Positions 13,949-27,149 of a DNA stretch of 64,000 bases are shown here, piece by piece. The number at the start of each line of letters is the position of its first letter. Positions within the stretch are counted from its first letter, which is position 1. This DNA comes from the human T2T-CHM13v2.0 reference genome, Homo sapiens, in NCBI RefSeq assembly GCF_009914755.1, contig NC_060948.1, one strand, 5' to 3'. The position numbers and the translations under genes were made by a program. The notes under the pieces are model-generated. The model worked only from the letters and a program-made list of their open reading frames with translations. It did no database searches and was not told the origin of the DNA.

Positions 13949-16897
13949 GAGGCTTTCAGCATGCCTTAGCCACTTGGAGATAGCAAGATAGTGCATAAAG
14001 ATGAACTCTTCTTTGAGAAGAAAAAAATTGGAATCCACTAGAATCATAAAGGACACCACAGATCCCAAGAAGAACGCTTGTAAACAGCCCCTGTGATGGT
14101 ATCTGTCTGATACAAGTGAGTGAAGCCCCAGTATGTGAGAGAGGGAGAGAGCCTCCCTCGGTGACTCACCTTTTCCCTGGACATTTGAGCAACCAAGGCT
14201 GAAGGAGAGCACTTTGTTTCTCCCAAGCCCTGGCAGCAACTTCAGGATAGGCTTGGAGATACTGTGAGGAAAAGATACCAGGAAAAGCTTCAGGTATTTT
14301 CTCAAACATGGGACTGAGAGCAGGATGCCACTTTTAATCAAGGTGCATAGTCAGCCATTCTTTGGTGACTCACAAACATGGCCATGCAGGCATTTCAGTC
14401 TCAGGCCAAACACTGGAGTTCTCTCTCTGGAGTGGGGTAAGGGCCTCCTTAGCCAGAGCTATGGAAAGCAGCAGTAGATGCTGGGATTATGCTCTCCCCA
14501 GTCACAATCCTGGGGCAGGAGGAGAGCTGCTACAGCTGCAGTTTCTCCTGGATGGCAAGGACTGCAGTCAGGGCCAGCTTGGTGACCTAGAACTGGTCCA
14601 TATGTGCTATTGCTGGGTGCCCCAGCCTGCACTCCTGACATCTTGTGTAGCAAGGCCCTCTTTGCTCCAACTCCAGACAGAAATCTAGGCATTTGGAGCA
14701 TCCTCTTGTCTGGTTCAGCAGCCAAGTGGCATCCTGCTCTTAGTCCTTACTCTTTCTGAACATAGATTGTGGAGCAGCAAGGACCTGTCTGCTCCACTAC
14801 CAAAGCAGATATTCAGGTATTTGGAACATCAGTCAGCTGGATGAGCAGCCTGAACTTCCCCACCCTTCCTGTGCAGAGATCCTTGTGCAGGTGGGGGTTG
14901 TGGGAGTGGAGCTCACTTTTACAAGCTCAGGCAGATTTCCAGGAATTCAGAGCACCTGCTAGTCTGGTTCAGCAGCCTGAGTTGCCCCACCTCTCCTGTG
15001 CAGACATCTTGGTGCAGGGGACCCACTCTACTTCAAGCCAAGGAAGACTTCTCGGCATCTGAAGAACACACTCTCCTGTATTAGGAGATTACGCCACCTC
15101 TCATTAATGTGCAGAGATTTTGGGGCTGAAGAGGTTCTTCAGCTCCATGCCTAGGCACATCTCTGAGTGCTTGGTGGTGACCCATGGGATTTTCTGTCAC
15201 TGAAAGTGCTTGTGGCTGCCATCATGGGACCTGAAGGCAGAACTGCCCAGTCTGGCCCCATTTATCACTGTCCACAACAATGCAGGGTTCTGCAGAGGGC
15301 TCAGTTCACTAAATATTCTAGTAATCAGCTAATTGCCTGAGGCAACAGAGAGCTTCTGCCAGTAAAAAATAATGTATACAGAACTGCGTTGGCTGCAGCC
15401 ATCTCTTACCCCTATAAGTACTCTCTGCTGGCTTGTACATTGAACTGCACAGACCAATATAAAACCTGCCAAAAGAAGTGCATGGGTCTATAGAGGCAAA
15501 GCCAAAGGACACTACCCAGCATTCTCTACAGTTGTACCCCTAGGGAGGGGAGAAAAGGGAATGGGAAAAATATTGTTATAGGGGAAGAAATAAAAAGAAA
15601 AAAATCCTACCAGCATTAAAATAATTAGAAAAATTTAATGTGCCACCATCTCCAGATGAGAAGGAACCAGCACAAAAATTCTAACACCGTAAAAAATCTG
15701 AATGTGATGACACCATCAAAGGATCACACTAGCTCTCTAGCAATGGAATCTAACAAAAAGGGAAATTCACAAATTACAGATAAATAATTCAAAGCATGGA
15801 TTACAAGAAAGTTCAATGAGATCCAAGACAAGGTTAAAAATCAACACAAACTTCTAAAGCAATCCATGAAATGAAGAAAGAGATAGACATCTTAAAAATC
15901 AATCAGAGCTTCTGGAATAGAAAAATCCTCTCCTAAGAATTTAAAATGCAATTGAAAGCTTTATCAATAATCTAGAAAGAACAAAAGAAAGAATTTCAGA
16001 GCTGGATGACTGGTCCTTCAAGTTAACCCAGTTACACGGAAATAAAGAAAAAAGAATTTTAAGAAATAAAAATTTCTTCAAGAAATACAGGATTATATAA
16101 AGTGACCAAACCTATGAATTAATGGCATTCCTGAGAGAAGGGAAAAAAAGCAAACCACCTGGAAAACATATTTGAGGAAATAATTCAAGCAAATCCCTCT
16201 AATCTTGCTAGAGAGGCAGACATCCAAATAAAAAAGAAATCCAGAGAACACCTGTGAGATACTATAAAAATGAACATGGCCAAGGCACATATTTACCAGA
16301 CTGTCCAAAATAAATGCTACGGAAAAAATATTAAGGCCAACTAAAGAAAAAGATCAGATCATGTACAAAGGCATCTCCATCAGGTTACATGTGAAGTTCT
16401 CAGCAGAAATCTTATAAGCCAGGAGAGACTGGGGATCTATTTCTAGCAATATTCAAGTAAAGAAATTCCTACGAAGAATTTAATATCCCAGCAAACTAAG
16501 CTTCAAAAATGAAGGAGAAATAAAATCTTTTCAGATAAACAAGTTCTAAGGGAATTTATTACCCCTAGGCCAACATTAGAAGAGATTATTAAGGGATTTC
16601 TAAATATGGAAATGAAAGAATGATGCCTGTGACCACAATAACACATTTAAGTACATAGCCCACAGACCCTCTAAAGCAACCACACAATAGAAACTACAAA
16701 GAAATCAGCTAACTACTTTACGATAGGATCAAAACCTCACATATCAATATTAACCTTGAATGCAAATGGTCTAAATAGCCAACTTCAAAAGCATAGAGGG
16801 GCAAGTTGAATTAAAAAAAAAAAAAAAACAAGACCAATCCAACTGCTGTCTTCAAGAGACCAATCTCACACAAAACAACATTCATAGGCTCAAAGTA
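13949..16897 (+). mobile_element. LINE-1 5' portion (5'UTR, decayed ORF1, start of ORF2), old primate L1PA15/16-L1PB-like, 3'-truncated
   Basis: GC-richer 5'UTR; ORF1-like start ATGAGAAGGAACCAGCAC at ~15656; ORF1 motif GGCATTCCTGAGAGA; ORF2 start CACATATCAATATTAACCTTGAATG at ~16740; abrupt end at CATAGGCTCAAAGTA. Confidence 0.9.
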
Positions 16898-17039
16898 TGT
16901 TACAACTCAAATATAATGTAATGGTCTCCTTTATACTTTAACCTGGCTTAAATAGAAGTGTGTCTTAATTATATTATTGTCTATATTTTTGGTATGCCTG
17001 AATTATATCATAATAACATAATAAAATATAAGTATATAA

Positions 17040-17338
<299 letters not shown>

Positions 17339-17354
17339 TATAAGTGTACTTTTT

Positions 17355-17515
17355 AAATTTAAATTTTATAATTAAAAGTGTAATTTTATAATGTAAATAT
17401 AATGCAATAATTTAAATATTATAATTTGATAATTTAATATTGTAATTTAATAATTTAATATTATAATTTAACAATTTAAATATTATAATGCAAATATAAT
17501 GTAATAAAATATAAG
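17355..17515. repeat. AT-rich low-complexity tract with degenerate ATAATTT units
   Basis: Repeated TATAATTT / TAATTTAATA motifs. Confidence 0.75.
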
Positions 17516-18706
17516 TAAGGATTAAAAAATAATAGCATAGACTGCATGGTGCAGAATATAACTTCATGATACCTGGAGATCTGTAAGATTATAGACTCCC
17601 ATCCTGAACCTGGCTCATAGCTTAATAAGAACAGCAGAATTCCTAATATTCCTGTGTGTAAAACATATCCAATCTCCTAGGCTCCTTAAATTAAAGAAAG
17701 GCCTCAGTTGTCATTTTTATTATGTTAGAGGTTCCTTTACATGTCTTATGTTTGTATAAGAAAAGAAAATCTTATTGGGATTTGCTGCTTGTATGAATAT
17801 TGCAAAAGTGATTAACGTAAACAATATGTATATTGGAATTATGAAATTTCATGAAGAGAAGAAACATTTAGCTAAAATTTTATCTGTTCAAGTTAAATCC
17901 TGTTAGGAAATTAACTACTTTATGGTTCTGAACCAATATTTAAATTAGTATTTTTTTTTTAAGCTTACAGCCATAAATTTAGAGTGAGTCGAGTCTGGGT
18001 GGTTTGAGCTTTTTTCTGTTTATCTGCTCATATATGTAGGCATAAATTAGAGGGAAAGATGGCTTTAATCACAGTTGGGGCGTTTCCAGGAAAATATGTT
18101 GGCAAGAGAGAGTGTGTGTGATTTACACATGTACATGAATCACATTAAAATATTTGATTGTTTTAATGTAGGAAACATCAAGTTCAAATCTGTGTAACTT
18201 TTACTGCGGTGAAATAAAGTTCTGACATAAAACATAAAATGCTAATGTTTCATACATAGATTTCCTCATTAGATTTATTATATGAAAATTTGAATATGGG
18301 CAGCGATGCACTGAAAAATAAAATGAAATGTGTGTTACAGTTTAATTTAGAGGTCTCCATATTGTAATCAGCTTAATGCCCTGGGACAACTACTAAAAAT
18401 ACAGTTTTGATTTATGTTTTAGTAATATAAATGTTTAAGATCATATATGCACTATTCTTTCTTAAGAATTTGTTTTGTTCTTTCTGCACACACACAACAT
18501 CATAATGACAATGACTTTCTGATGTGTACACATATCTAAAGTTATTCCAAAGTTAACTTCAGGTTGTTGACAGATTGCTTCTCTTGGGTTCTTTGGGGAC
18601 TGGATTGAAGCTTGGCTTTTGAGAAGGGAGACTTTCATACTTAAGAATGCATTTTTTAGACTATCTCACAAGGAATCAAGACTGTTTTTTGAAGAACCAT
18701 ATTTTT

Positions 18707-19054
18707 GTTTTTAACTTTTAAGTTCAGGGATATGTGTGCCGAATGTGCAGATTTGTTACATAGGTAAATGTATGTCATGGGGTTTGTTGTACAGGGTATT
18801 TCATCACCCAGGTATCGAGTCTGGTATCCATTAGTTATTTTTCCTGATCCTATCCCTCCTCCCACCTTCCACCCTCCGATAGGCCCCAGTGTGTGTTGTT
18901 CCCCTCTATGTGTCTGTGAGTTCTCATCATTTAGCTCCCAGTTATGAGAGAGAACATGTGGTATTTGGTTTTCTGTTCCTGTGTTAGTTGTTAAGGATAA
19001 TGTTAAGGATAATGGCCTGACGTTCCTTCCATGTCCTGCAAAGGAAATGACCTC
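18707..19054 (-). mobile_element. Short 5'-truncated L1PA (about PA8-PA12) 3' end
   Basis: TTTTAAGTTCAGGG...TTTGTTACATAGGTAAA...CCCTCCTCCCACC; degenerate TSD AAGAACCATATTTTT / AGGAACCACATGTTT followed by AAAA. Confidence 0.92.
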
Positions 19055-19424
19055 AAGGAACCACATGTTTAAAATGTATTTAACATCTCTGGGTTAGTGG
19101 TTTCCCTAAATGGATGTGAATTCCTTTCATTGAGTAAATAATGGTTGAAGTCCCAGATACTCTCTTAGGACTCCAGGATACAACAGCAAGCAAGACAGTT
19201 TATGTCTGTGCTTATTACAGAGTTTACGTTCCGGCAGCTTTGGCCATAAAAAAGTTTCCTTCCCCATATGTAAAAGAATATTTGCTGGAATAATAATAAT
19301 AACACATAGGCTCAAAAACATGGTTAGATGCCATAAAATATTTTTTATTTGAATTCTGTTTATTGGACTGGCTGCTCAGAGACACTTCTTAATGCCTTCA
19401 TTTCAATATACAGACACAGTTTTC

Positions 19425-19660
19425 CAAATGAATACATACTCTATGCCAGGCATTGTGCCAGGTAATTCACACATATTATCTCACTTAAGTCTTGCAAAAA
19501 ACCAGAGGAAATAAAAAATTATTTCAATTTTTTTAGACAGGAAAAATGACAGTAAGAAAAGTGAGATAATAATCAAATTTAATTACTTTAGTTGTTAGTG
19601 GTCACATTGGGCTACAAATCAAGGTTAATTCCACTTCACAACCCTAATACACTCTACCAC
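19425..19660 (-). mobile_element. MIR SINE (degenerate)
   Basis: CTATGCCAGGCATTGTGCCAGG...ATATTATCTCACTTAA...TTTTAGACAGGAAAA. Confidence 0.7.
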
Positions 19661-19700
19661 CCTGCAGCACTGCAGGAAAGCCCTTATAACACATCATATA

Positions 19701-20051
19701 CAGTATTTCCCCCTTACCTACAGGGGATATGTTCCAAGAACCCCTGATGGATGCCTGAAACAGCAGATAGCATCAAAGCCTGTTACACTGTTTTATTTAT
19801 ATGATAACCAAGGCTGCTATTAAGTGACTAATGGGCTCTAGCATAGCCACCATGGATATGTTGGACAAAGAAATAATCTCTGGGCATGAGAGAGTGAAAC
19901 AGCATCAATGTTATCATGCTACTCAGAATGGCATGACAATTTTAACTTATGAATTGTTTATGGAATTTTGCATTTTGTATTTTTGGACCACAGTTGATGG
20001 CAGATAGCTGAATCTATGGAAAGCAAAACCATGGATAAGGGGGAAGTGTAG
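19701..20051 (-). mobile_element. MER44 (Tigger7-derived) MITE
   Basis: TA-flanked termini CAGTATTTCCCCCTTA... and ...GGATAAGGGGGAAGTGTAG form imperfect TIRs; internal GGGGATATGTTCCAAGAACCCC-GGATGCCTGAAAC. Confidence 0.85.
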
Positions 20052-21059
20052 TATTGCCTGTGGATTATATCAGTATTTTTGTTGTATTTCTGGTCTAAAT
20101 ATTGTAGTGTATTTTAAAAGAAAAATCCAAGCCTTGTTTGAAGAATAACACACATTTTAGTAGCTGGTAGAGTTACTAACAAAGTATTTGTGAAATCACT
20201 AGGGAATCTTAGTGGTTGTACTCTTACAGTGTTCTGAACAATGTTAAAGCCACTCTGCGTTGTCCTTGTAGGGGCTCTTGTGGGCTGACTAAATTGTCTT
20301 CTTGAGATTCTCTCCCAAGGTATAAAAATTATCCCTATTGGTTTCCAAACACCACCACTGATCATGTTTTACTCACTGTGGAATGAGACCAAACCCAGTA
20401 AATATGCTTGCTAAGGAAGTTTAGGCTTTGGTATCATTTAGAAAAAAAGTTGCACTTGCGCAAAATCAAAAACTTAGAGACAAAGGCCAATCCATGTAAT
20501 AACTTTATTATTACACGAAGCTTTATTCTTCTCCAAAGCCCTATTGAAACACTTTGTAGTTTCAGAGTTCATGAGAACTCTGAGTGTGTTGTAGGGGTGG
20601 CAGGACTTTGTAGTCCAAGCACAAAACAGGAATTACTATGGCTAGGGTTGAAACAAGTTGGAGCTCACTATGTGTTAGCCCTTCTTTTGCCTCCTGGTTT
20701 TCTTGGCTAGATGCTGAACCTACTCCAGTCTCACATCCATCTTTTCTCTAATATGTATCCATCCCAGAGAGAAATAGATTATTTTGGAAAGCTTGCCAAA
20801 AAGCCACTCAGCTCAAAGACATTTATTTCATTTGTGGGGGACTGATTATCTCTCCTATTTCTTATCGAACTTAACTTCCTCTTATGCTCTGTGACACATA
20901 CACAGAAATCCTATAGTATATTTTCATTAACATCATGTTTTCTGAATTCGACTTAATGTTTTCAATTTAGTTCCAACTTTTACAGGTTCTTCACAGCCTG
21001 CCAACTTTCTTTCCTAATACACTTCTCTCTATCTGGAATGCCCATAATTTTTCCAACTC

Positions 21060-21375
21060 TCTTGAACAACTCACAATATTTTAGTTATCTTTTAAGGTGT
21101 AGCTAAAATCAGTTTCTTTATTGAAATCCTCCTTTGCCCTTCCATCAAGAATAAAAGCTCTTTTCTCCTGAACTACTGTTTCAATTTAATTTTTCACGCT
21201 ATGACATTAATATTGTTCTACCTTGTTATTATTTCAGTACATTTTTTGTTGTGTCTCTTAATTACAAACATGGATCTGAATGTCAGGAACCAGCCTGATT
21301 CATCATTATATTCTTATTGCACTCAACACAGGATTTTGTACACTTTCTAAGTGTTCAAAAATATTGGTTGAATTT
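21060..21375 (+). mobile_element. L2 3' end (degenerate)
   Basis: Ends with an L2-like tail ...AAGTGTTCAAAAATATTGGTTGAAT. Confidence 0.55.
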
Positions 21376-22549
21376 CTACATTCTCAATTTCACTGAGTAC
21401 CTCTCAACTCTACTTAATTCACCATTCTCTACTCTGCAAACTCTGCTGCCTACTCTTACACCTTTGACCTAAGTGAGATCTAGACTGCTATGTCTCCTAG
21501 TGGGGCTTCCTCTAACCACAAAGAACTTGAATTAAAACAAGTACCTAGCACAAATTGCAAGGGCTCTTTGCTATAGCAGCACATTGATTTGCTATAGCAT
21601 CACATTGATACTGAGACCTGAAGATGTTCAAGTGGTTTGGCCAAGGCTGAGAATAGACATAGGTATCCAGACAAAATCCACCCATGGCACTTTCTCCCCC
21701 AACATTTCTGTCAGTGTTGAATCAGATTATCTGCCTGGAATTCTTTTCTATGTTATTTTCATTTAAATTTTAAAAAAGAAGCTATGGTGTATAAAAGAAA
21801 GCCCTTAAGGCCATAAATAGTTAAGCTATCTACACAAAACTAGTAATTTTATGAAGTAACATGAAGACTATGACATTTTTGATTTAATATTTTAAATGTT
21901 TTCAGAAAAACTGAGGAAACAGACTAACGTGGGGCCACATGATCAAGAGATAATAGAACACTGTTTTGTGAAACACAATCGGAGCATGGGTTGTTGGATT
22001 CCAACCTTATAGTTGATAACGCACCACACCTGTTGCATTATTATTTGTCTAGTGAAAATAGAACGATTCACTGTAACTGCTTTATAAAGATCTTATAAAT
22101 AATTATTTACTTTCAGCTCACTGAGAGCAAAATTATATGAAAATATGTGATGGTCTGTCAAAGGTTTAAGTGATATGAGAAGGGATCTGCAGAGATTATG
22201 TATCATTGGGATGCATTTTCTTTTGTAGAAACAAGAAAAACTTATAAATATATTTATCACTTTTCCATACTCCTATCACTTGTAATTAATTTTTTATCAT
22301 AAAGAAAGAACTAGATGAAAATCATTGAATATAATTTAAAAGGACTCCAAAAAAAGAGACCAAAGAGGAGAAATATAATTACTTTTCTTGAAAAGAAATT
22401 TACCATTTATATTCTAGTACAAGCCAGGGGAAGATGCCTAAATTTTATGTTCTGGAGGGAAAAAGTGTGCCTTCCATTTTTTCACTAACTTAACAGGAAT
22501 ACAAGAACATTAATGTGTTTATATTTGTAAAACACTTGGAATTTTCATT

Positions 22550-22771
22550 TTTTTAAAATTGTATTATTATTTTACTTAAAGTTTTAGGGTACATGTGCAC
22601 AACGTGCAGGTTTGTTACATGTGTATACATGTGCCATGTTGGTGTGCTGCACCCATTAACTCGTCATTTAGCATTAGGTATATCTCCTAATGTTATCCCT
22701 CCCCACTCCCCCCACCCCACAATAGTCCCCAGTGTGTGATGTTCCCTTTCCTGTGTCCATGTGTTCTCATT
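22550..22771 (-). mobile_element. Short young L1PA (PA2-PA5) 3' end
   Basis: GTTTTAGGGTACATGTGCACAACGTGCAGG...CACCCATTAACTCGTCATTTAGCATTAGG...GTGTTCTCATT. Confidence 0.95.
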
Positions 22772-24280
22772 TTAAACATGCTGAAAGTGGAAAGTACAAT
22801 TATCTTGTTAGGAACTATTTGAAATATTTCTGTTTAACACAACAGATAAAACAAGCAAATCCATCTGAGAGTAAGTATATGTAATGTTTCAAAATGCATA
22901 TGTTTTCTGTGTGGTTTCTAAGCAGCACTCCACTTACCTTGATTTAGTGGTGAGTATTGCTGTTGCTACTGTTTTTGCTAGTTCAGTCACTCAGATGATG
23001 TAAGACTGCCATCACAAAATTAAAATTTCTCTCACCTATCAAGTACAAGATACTGTAGTTCATTTTACATTAATCATAGAAGTTGTGAACAAATTTTTTG
23101 AGGAGGATTTGTGTAACAACTTACATATTCTTTACTGTTAAAGTAAGATAAGCATATATTTTTTCAATGTCAAATCTGAAGGATAAGTGTAATTTATTGA
23201 TTTTTATCTGTCTTAATTCTCTTATGCATTTATTTTGTATCAATATATCCATGTAAGTAGAGTTTATGCGTTTCTACTTATCACAATATAAGATATAAAC
23301 TTAGATAACACATTCATTTTATTAATGCATGATATACCTAAGAGCCTTTTCTAATTTATTCTTCTCTATTGTTCTCTCTCCTTCTTTGTCTCTGTCACAT
23401 CTTCTCACACATACACGCACATGCATACATATAACTTCAATTTCTATTCCACTAGTGTAATGGAAATGCACTTCTAGAGAGAATCTCTAGAGAGCATGAT
23501 TGGATAACCTCAATTCAATAGGGTCACTGAAAAAAATAGTAGTTTGTAACTAAACAGTCTTAATTGTTTTCAGAAATATTTCAAAAATATAGCAAGTGAG
23601 TTAAGACAATGGTTTTAGATCAACTTCTTAGATTTCAGTTCATTGTAGTGAAATTGATCTTTAAAATGGTATAAATATTATTAACAATTGCTTCTCTGGT
23701 TATATGAATAGATACACCTATAGAGAAACAATGGGTTTGAACTATTATGAGAGTGTGGGTATCTACTATGAAAGGGTTTTCAGGCAATAATGAAAATATC
23801 TAAACCTTTAAATAAGGACAATGAAAGGGTTTTCTATGCTACATATTAAAATAAAGGCTTTAACACACTTGACATAAGCTCTTTCCATTCTTTAAAGGAC
23901 ATTATGCAAAACTAATAATATTATTGTTGTGTCAAATGTCTTATTGGTAAAAAAAAAACTGAGATTATTGTATTTTAACACTGTGTTCTGCAAAACTGTT
24001 TTCTTACTAATCGTTCTACAACTTCGGATAGTCCCTCCTATTATTACCACATAAAGGAAAATTTAGTAATTTGTGAGAAGAAAATATAAAAAGTAATAGT
24101 TCTGTCATTGCTTAAAACAGTGTTTTTTCTAAAAAAAAAATGTGTTTAGTTTCATGGTCTCAACAGGCAAGCATGTTTTGCATGCAAATAGCATGTGGTT
24201 ATGGAGAGTTACTATGACGGATAATGTCTTATGTTGCCTCGACATCTGTGGACTAATAGAGTGACTCTGCAATAAGTGAG

Positions 24281-24692
24281 TGTATTAGGCCATTCTTGTA
24301 TTTCTACAAAGAAATAACTGAGACTGGGTAATTCATAAAGAAAAAGGGCTTAATTGACTCAAGGTTCTGCAGGCTGTACAGGAAGCATGGCACCACACAT
24401 CTGCTTGGCTTCTGATGAGGCCTCAGGAAGTTTACATTCATGGCAGAAGGTGAAGCGGGAGCAGGCACATCACATGGTCAGAGCAGGAGTGAGACAGAGA
24501 GAGAGGGAGAAAGAGAGTAGGGTGGTGTCACACACTTTTAAACAACCAGCTCTCTGAAGAACTCACTCACTGTCCTGAAGTCAGCGCCAAGACTTGAGCG
24601 ATCCACCCACCTCCCACCAGACCCCATCGCCAGCACCGGGGATTACAATTCAACATGACATTTGGGCAGGAACAAATATCCAAACTATATCA
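24281..24692 (-). mobile_element. MaLR solo LTR (MSTA/MSTB-like)
   Basis: TG...CA termini (TGTATTAGGCC...CAAACTATATCA), CTGAGACTGGGTAATT motif, 5-bp TSD GTGAG/GTAAG. Confidence 0.92.
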
Positions 24693-25404
24693 GTAAGGTT
24701 GTTGATAAAATGTAACCAATCTGAGTTTTTCATTTAAGTTTCAAGCTGACTTTGGGGACTCTGTGGAGGGTTAGAAAGAAAGAATAATTAAAAATAAAAG
24801 AAAGAATAATTAAAAATAAAGTACACTCTAGTTCTGGTGGCAATTAACAAAAATGATTTTGAAAAGGCAATTAAGACAACACTAATTTTAAGACACAGTA
24901 GTTCTCAGTTTCACTGGAAGTTGTAATGTTAAAAAAAAGAAAAAGCTGACATGCCTAAAAATGGGGAATCTGCCAATGACCATAAAATTAAAATAAAAAC
25001 ACACTACAAAGGTATGTTTTAAGTAATGACATTTACATTATACTTATTGTTAATGTAATGCTTCACAATGATAAAAAAAAATCTGTACCCTTCTGTTAAC
25101 TTCACTTAGAGACATATTTTATTGGTTAGAGGACAAAAAATGACATGGATTGAAAATTAAAGATAAATAAACTGAGTTCTTGATCTTTACATTGTAGATG
25201 CTTCCCACATATTTATTAAATGAGTGAATAAGGAATATTCAGGTGTTTTCCATTCAACGCCTCTAAAAATATTTCATTTTTTAATTTTCATGTGGTTAAT
25301 CCAGTGATATAAGCTTAGTGATCAATGTTCACGCTTTTGGAAAGCAGTATTTGAGAGTAAAATGTACATGAATCAAAAAATTGGACCTCTTTCTTTTTTC
25401 CTGA

Positions 25405-25741
<337 letters not shown>

Positions 25742-26129
25742 TTAGTTACTAAATTATCATTCTTATTTCTATTCCTACTTCCTCTCCTTTTCACTGAATT
25801 TTTAAAAAGCTTACCTTTCCCTATGCTACTGAATTCATTTGTACTGTACTATACAACCTCTCACACTGTATTTTATTTTTTTCTTGTTATCTTATTTTCT
25901 TTTCTACCAAATTGTTGCCTCAGGCAGGATCTGTGACATTTTCACCTGCATCTTGGTTACTTGGTACATAGATGCATGAAGTGACAGATGATATATATAT
26001 ATATATATTTTTTAACAAAGCAAGTGAAAAGTGTGAAGATACTCCTTAAAGTTAAGAAATAAAACACTATCATTCATTAAGGTTAATATACATGTTTGAA
26101 TAAAGTATGAGGTTGAGTAGACTAGTGAT

Positions 26130-26375
26130 TGTTAACATTCTTACATGTGCTAGGGTATTCTATATATTAATTCATTTAATCTTCACACACATAAACACAC
26201 ATTCATATTTTATGCAATAAGTGCTTTTATCCTCATTTTATAAATGTGGAAATCAAGGATTAAAGTATTCAAAGAACTTGTCCAGTTATCTAGCTAGCGA
26301 GTAATAGATCTGAGACTGGAAACCCTGTTTGCCAGGAGACTTCAAAGCCTCAGGCTGTTTTTTTATAGTGCAATG
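26130..26375 (-). mobile_element. MIR SINE
   Basis: ATTAATTCATTTAATCTTCAC...ATCCTCATTTTATAAATGTGGAAATCAAGG. Confidence 0.75.
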
Positions 26376-26391
26376 CTCAGTTTGCTAAAGG

Positions 26392-26545
26392 AGTATTCCT
26401 CAAATGTGCCTGATTTTTAAAATCACCGGTAACATTTATTGAAAACATTGATTTTTTTAGCCAAACCCTAGACCAGCAGAATCAAAATCTTTAGGGAATA
26501 AATTGGGTGGGAATTTTTATTATTAACAAGATCCCCAGGGGAAGC
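26392..26545. mobile_element. MER5-like hAT-Charlie MITE
   Basis: CCCTAGACCAGCAGAATCAAAATCT and TTAACAAGATCCCCAGG motifs. Confidence 0.65.
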
Positions 26546-27149
26546 TTAAGTTTAGGCAAGTTTGTTTATTTTACAGTGTGTTAGGCCATATTTCATTTGC
26601 TCTCCTGAGGTTACACTATTGACTACCTATTTTCTCTACCTTAACAATAATCTGTTTACTTAAACTATTAGTCTTGATTCTTAATACTTGAGGATGAAGA
26701 CGAATACTAAGGAATAAGCTACAGCTGTATGTGGAAAAATAATGCATTTGAAAATCAACAAATTTCATGGCAAATAATAGATCTGACTACATTTAACATA
26801 ATGGGAGAAAAACATGATTTTTCAATACCAAACAACCAATCAATAACCAAGCCTCAGTAAGAGTAGTTTGATACAACAGTAACAGTTAAAACCATAATTT
26901 ATTCTGAAGTTTTTTATCCTTTATAATGGTTGCAAATGAAGCAAGATTTTTCAGTCTCTATAGTTGAAGTTAATAATTTATTGAATGTTTTCCTCTTTCT
27001 TCTTTCTATAGTTAGGACACAGAATAAATCCTTTAGTGTCTTAGTCAACAAGTTCTTGCTGTATGATTATACCTTGTATGATCTCTTAAGAACTTCAGTT
27101 AAAACCCTTCTATATTCTTTTCTCATGATATTCTAGCAAAAACTTATTA

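Noticed and set aside
1-16897. L1 3' half (1-2320) and L1 5' half (13949-16897) as one rearranged element
   Set aside because: They are in the wrong order with no shared TSD visible, and the first element continues off-window; independent copies are more parsimonious.
21890-22050. Possible coding exon after TTTTCAG at ~21905
   Set aside because: All frames close within ~35 codons, with no recognisable peptide and no convincing donor.
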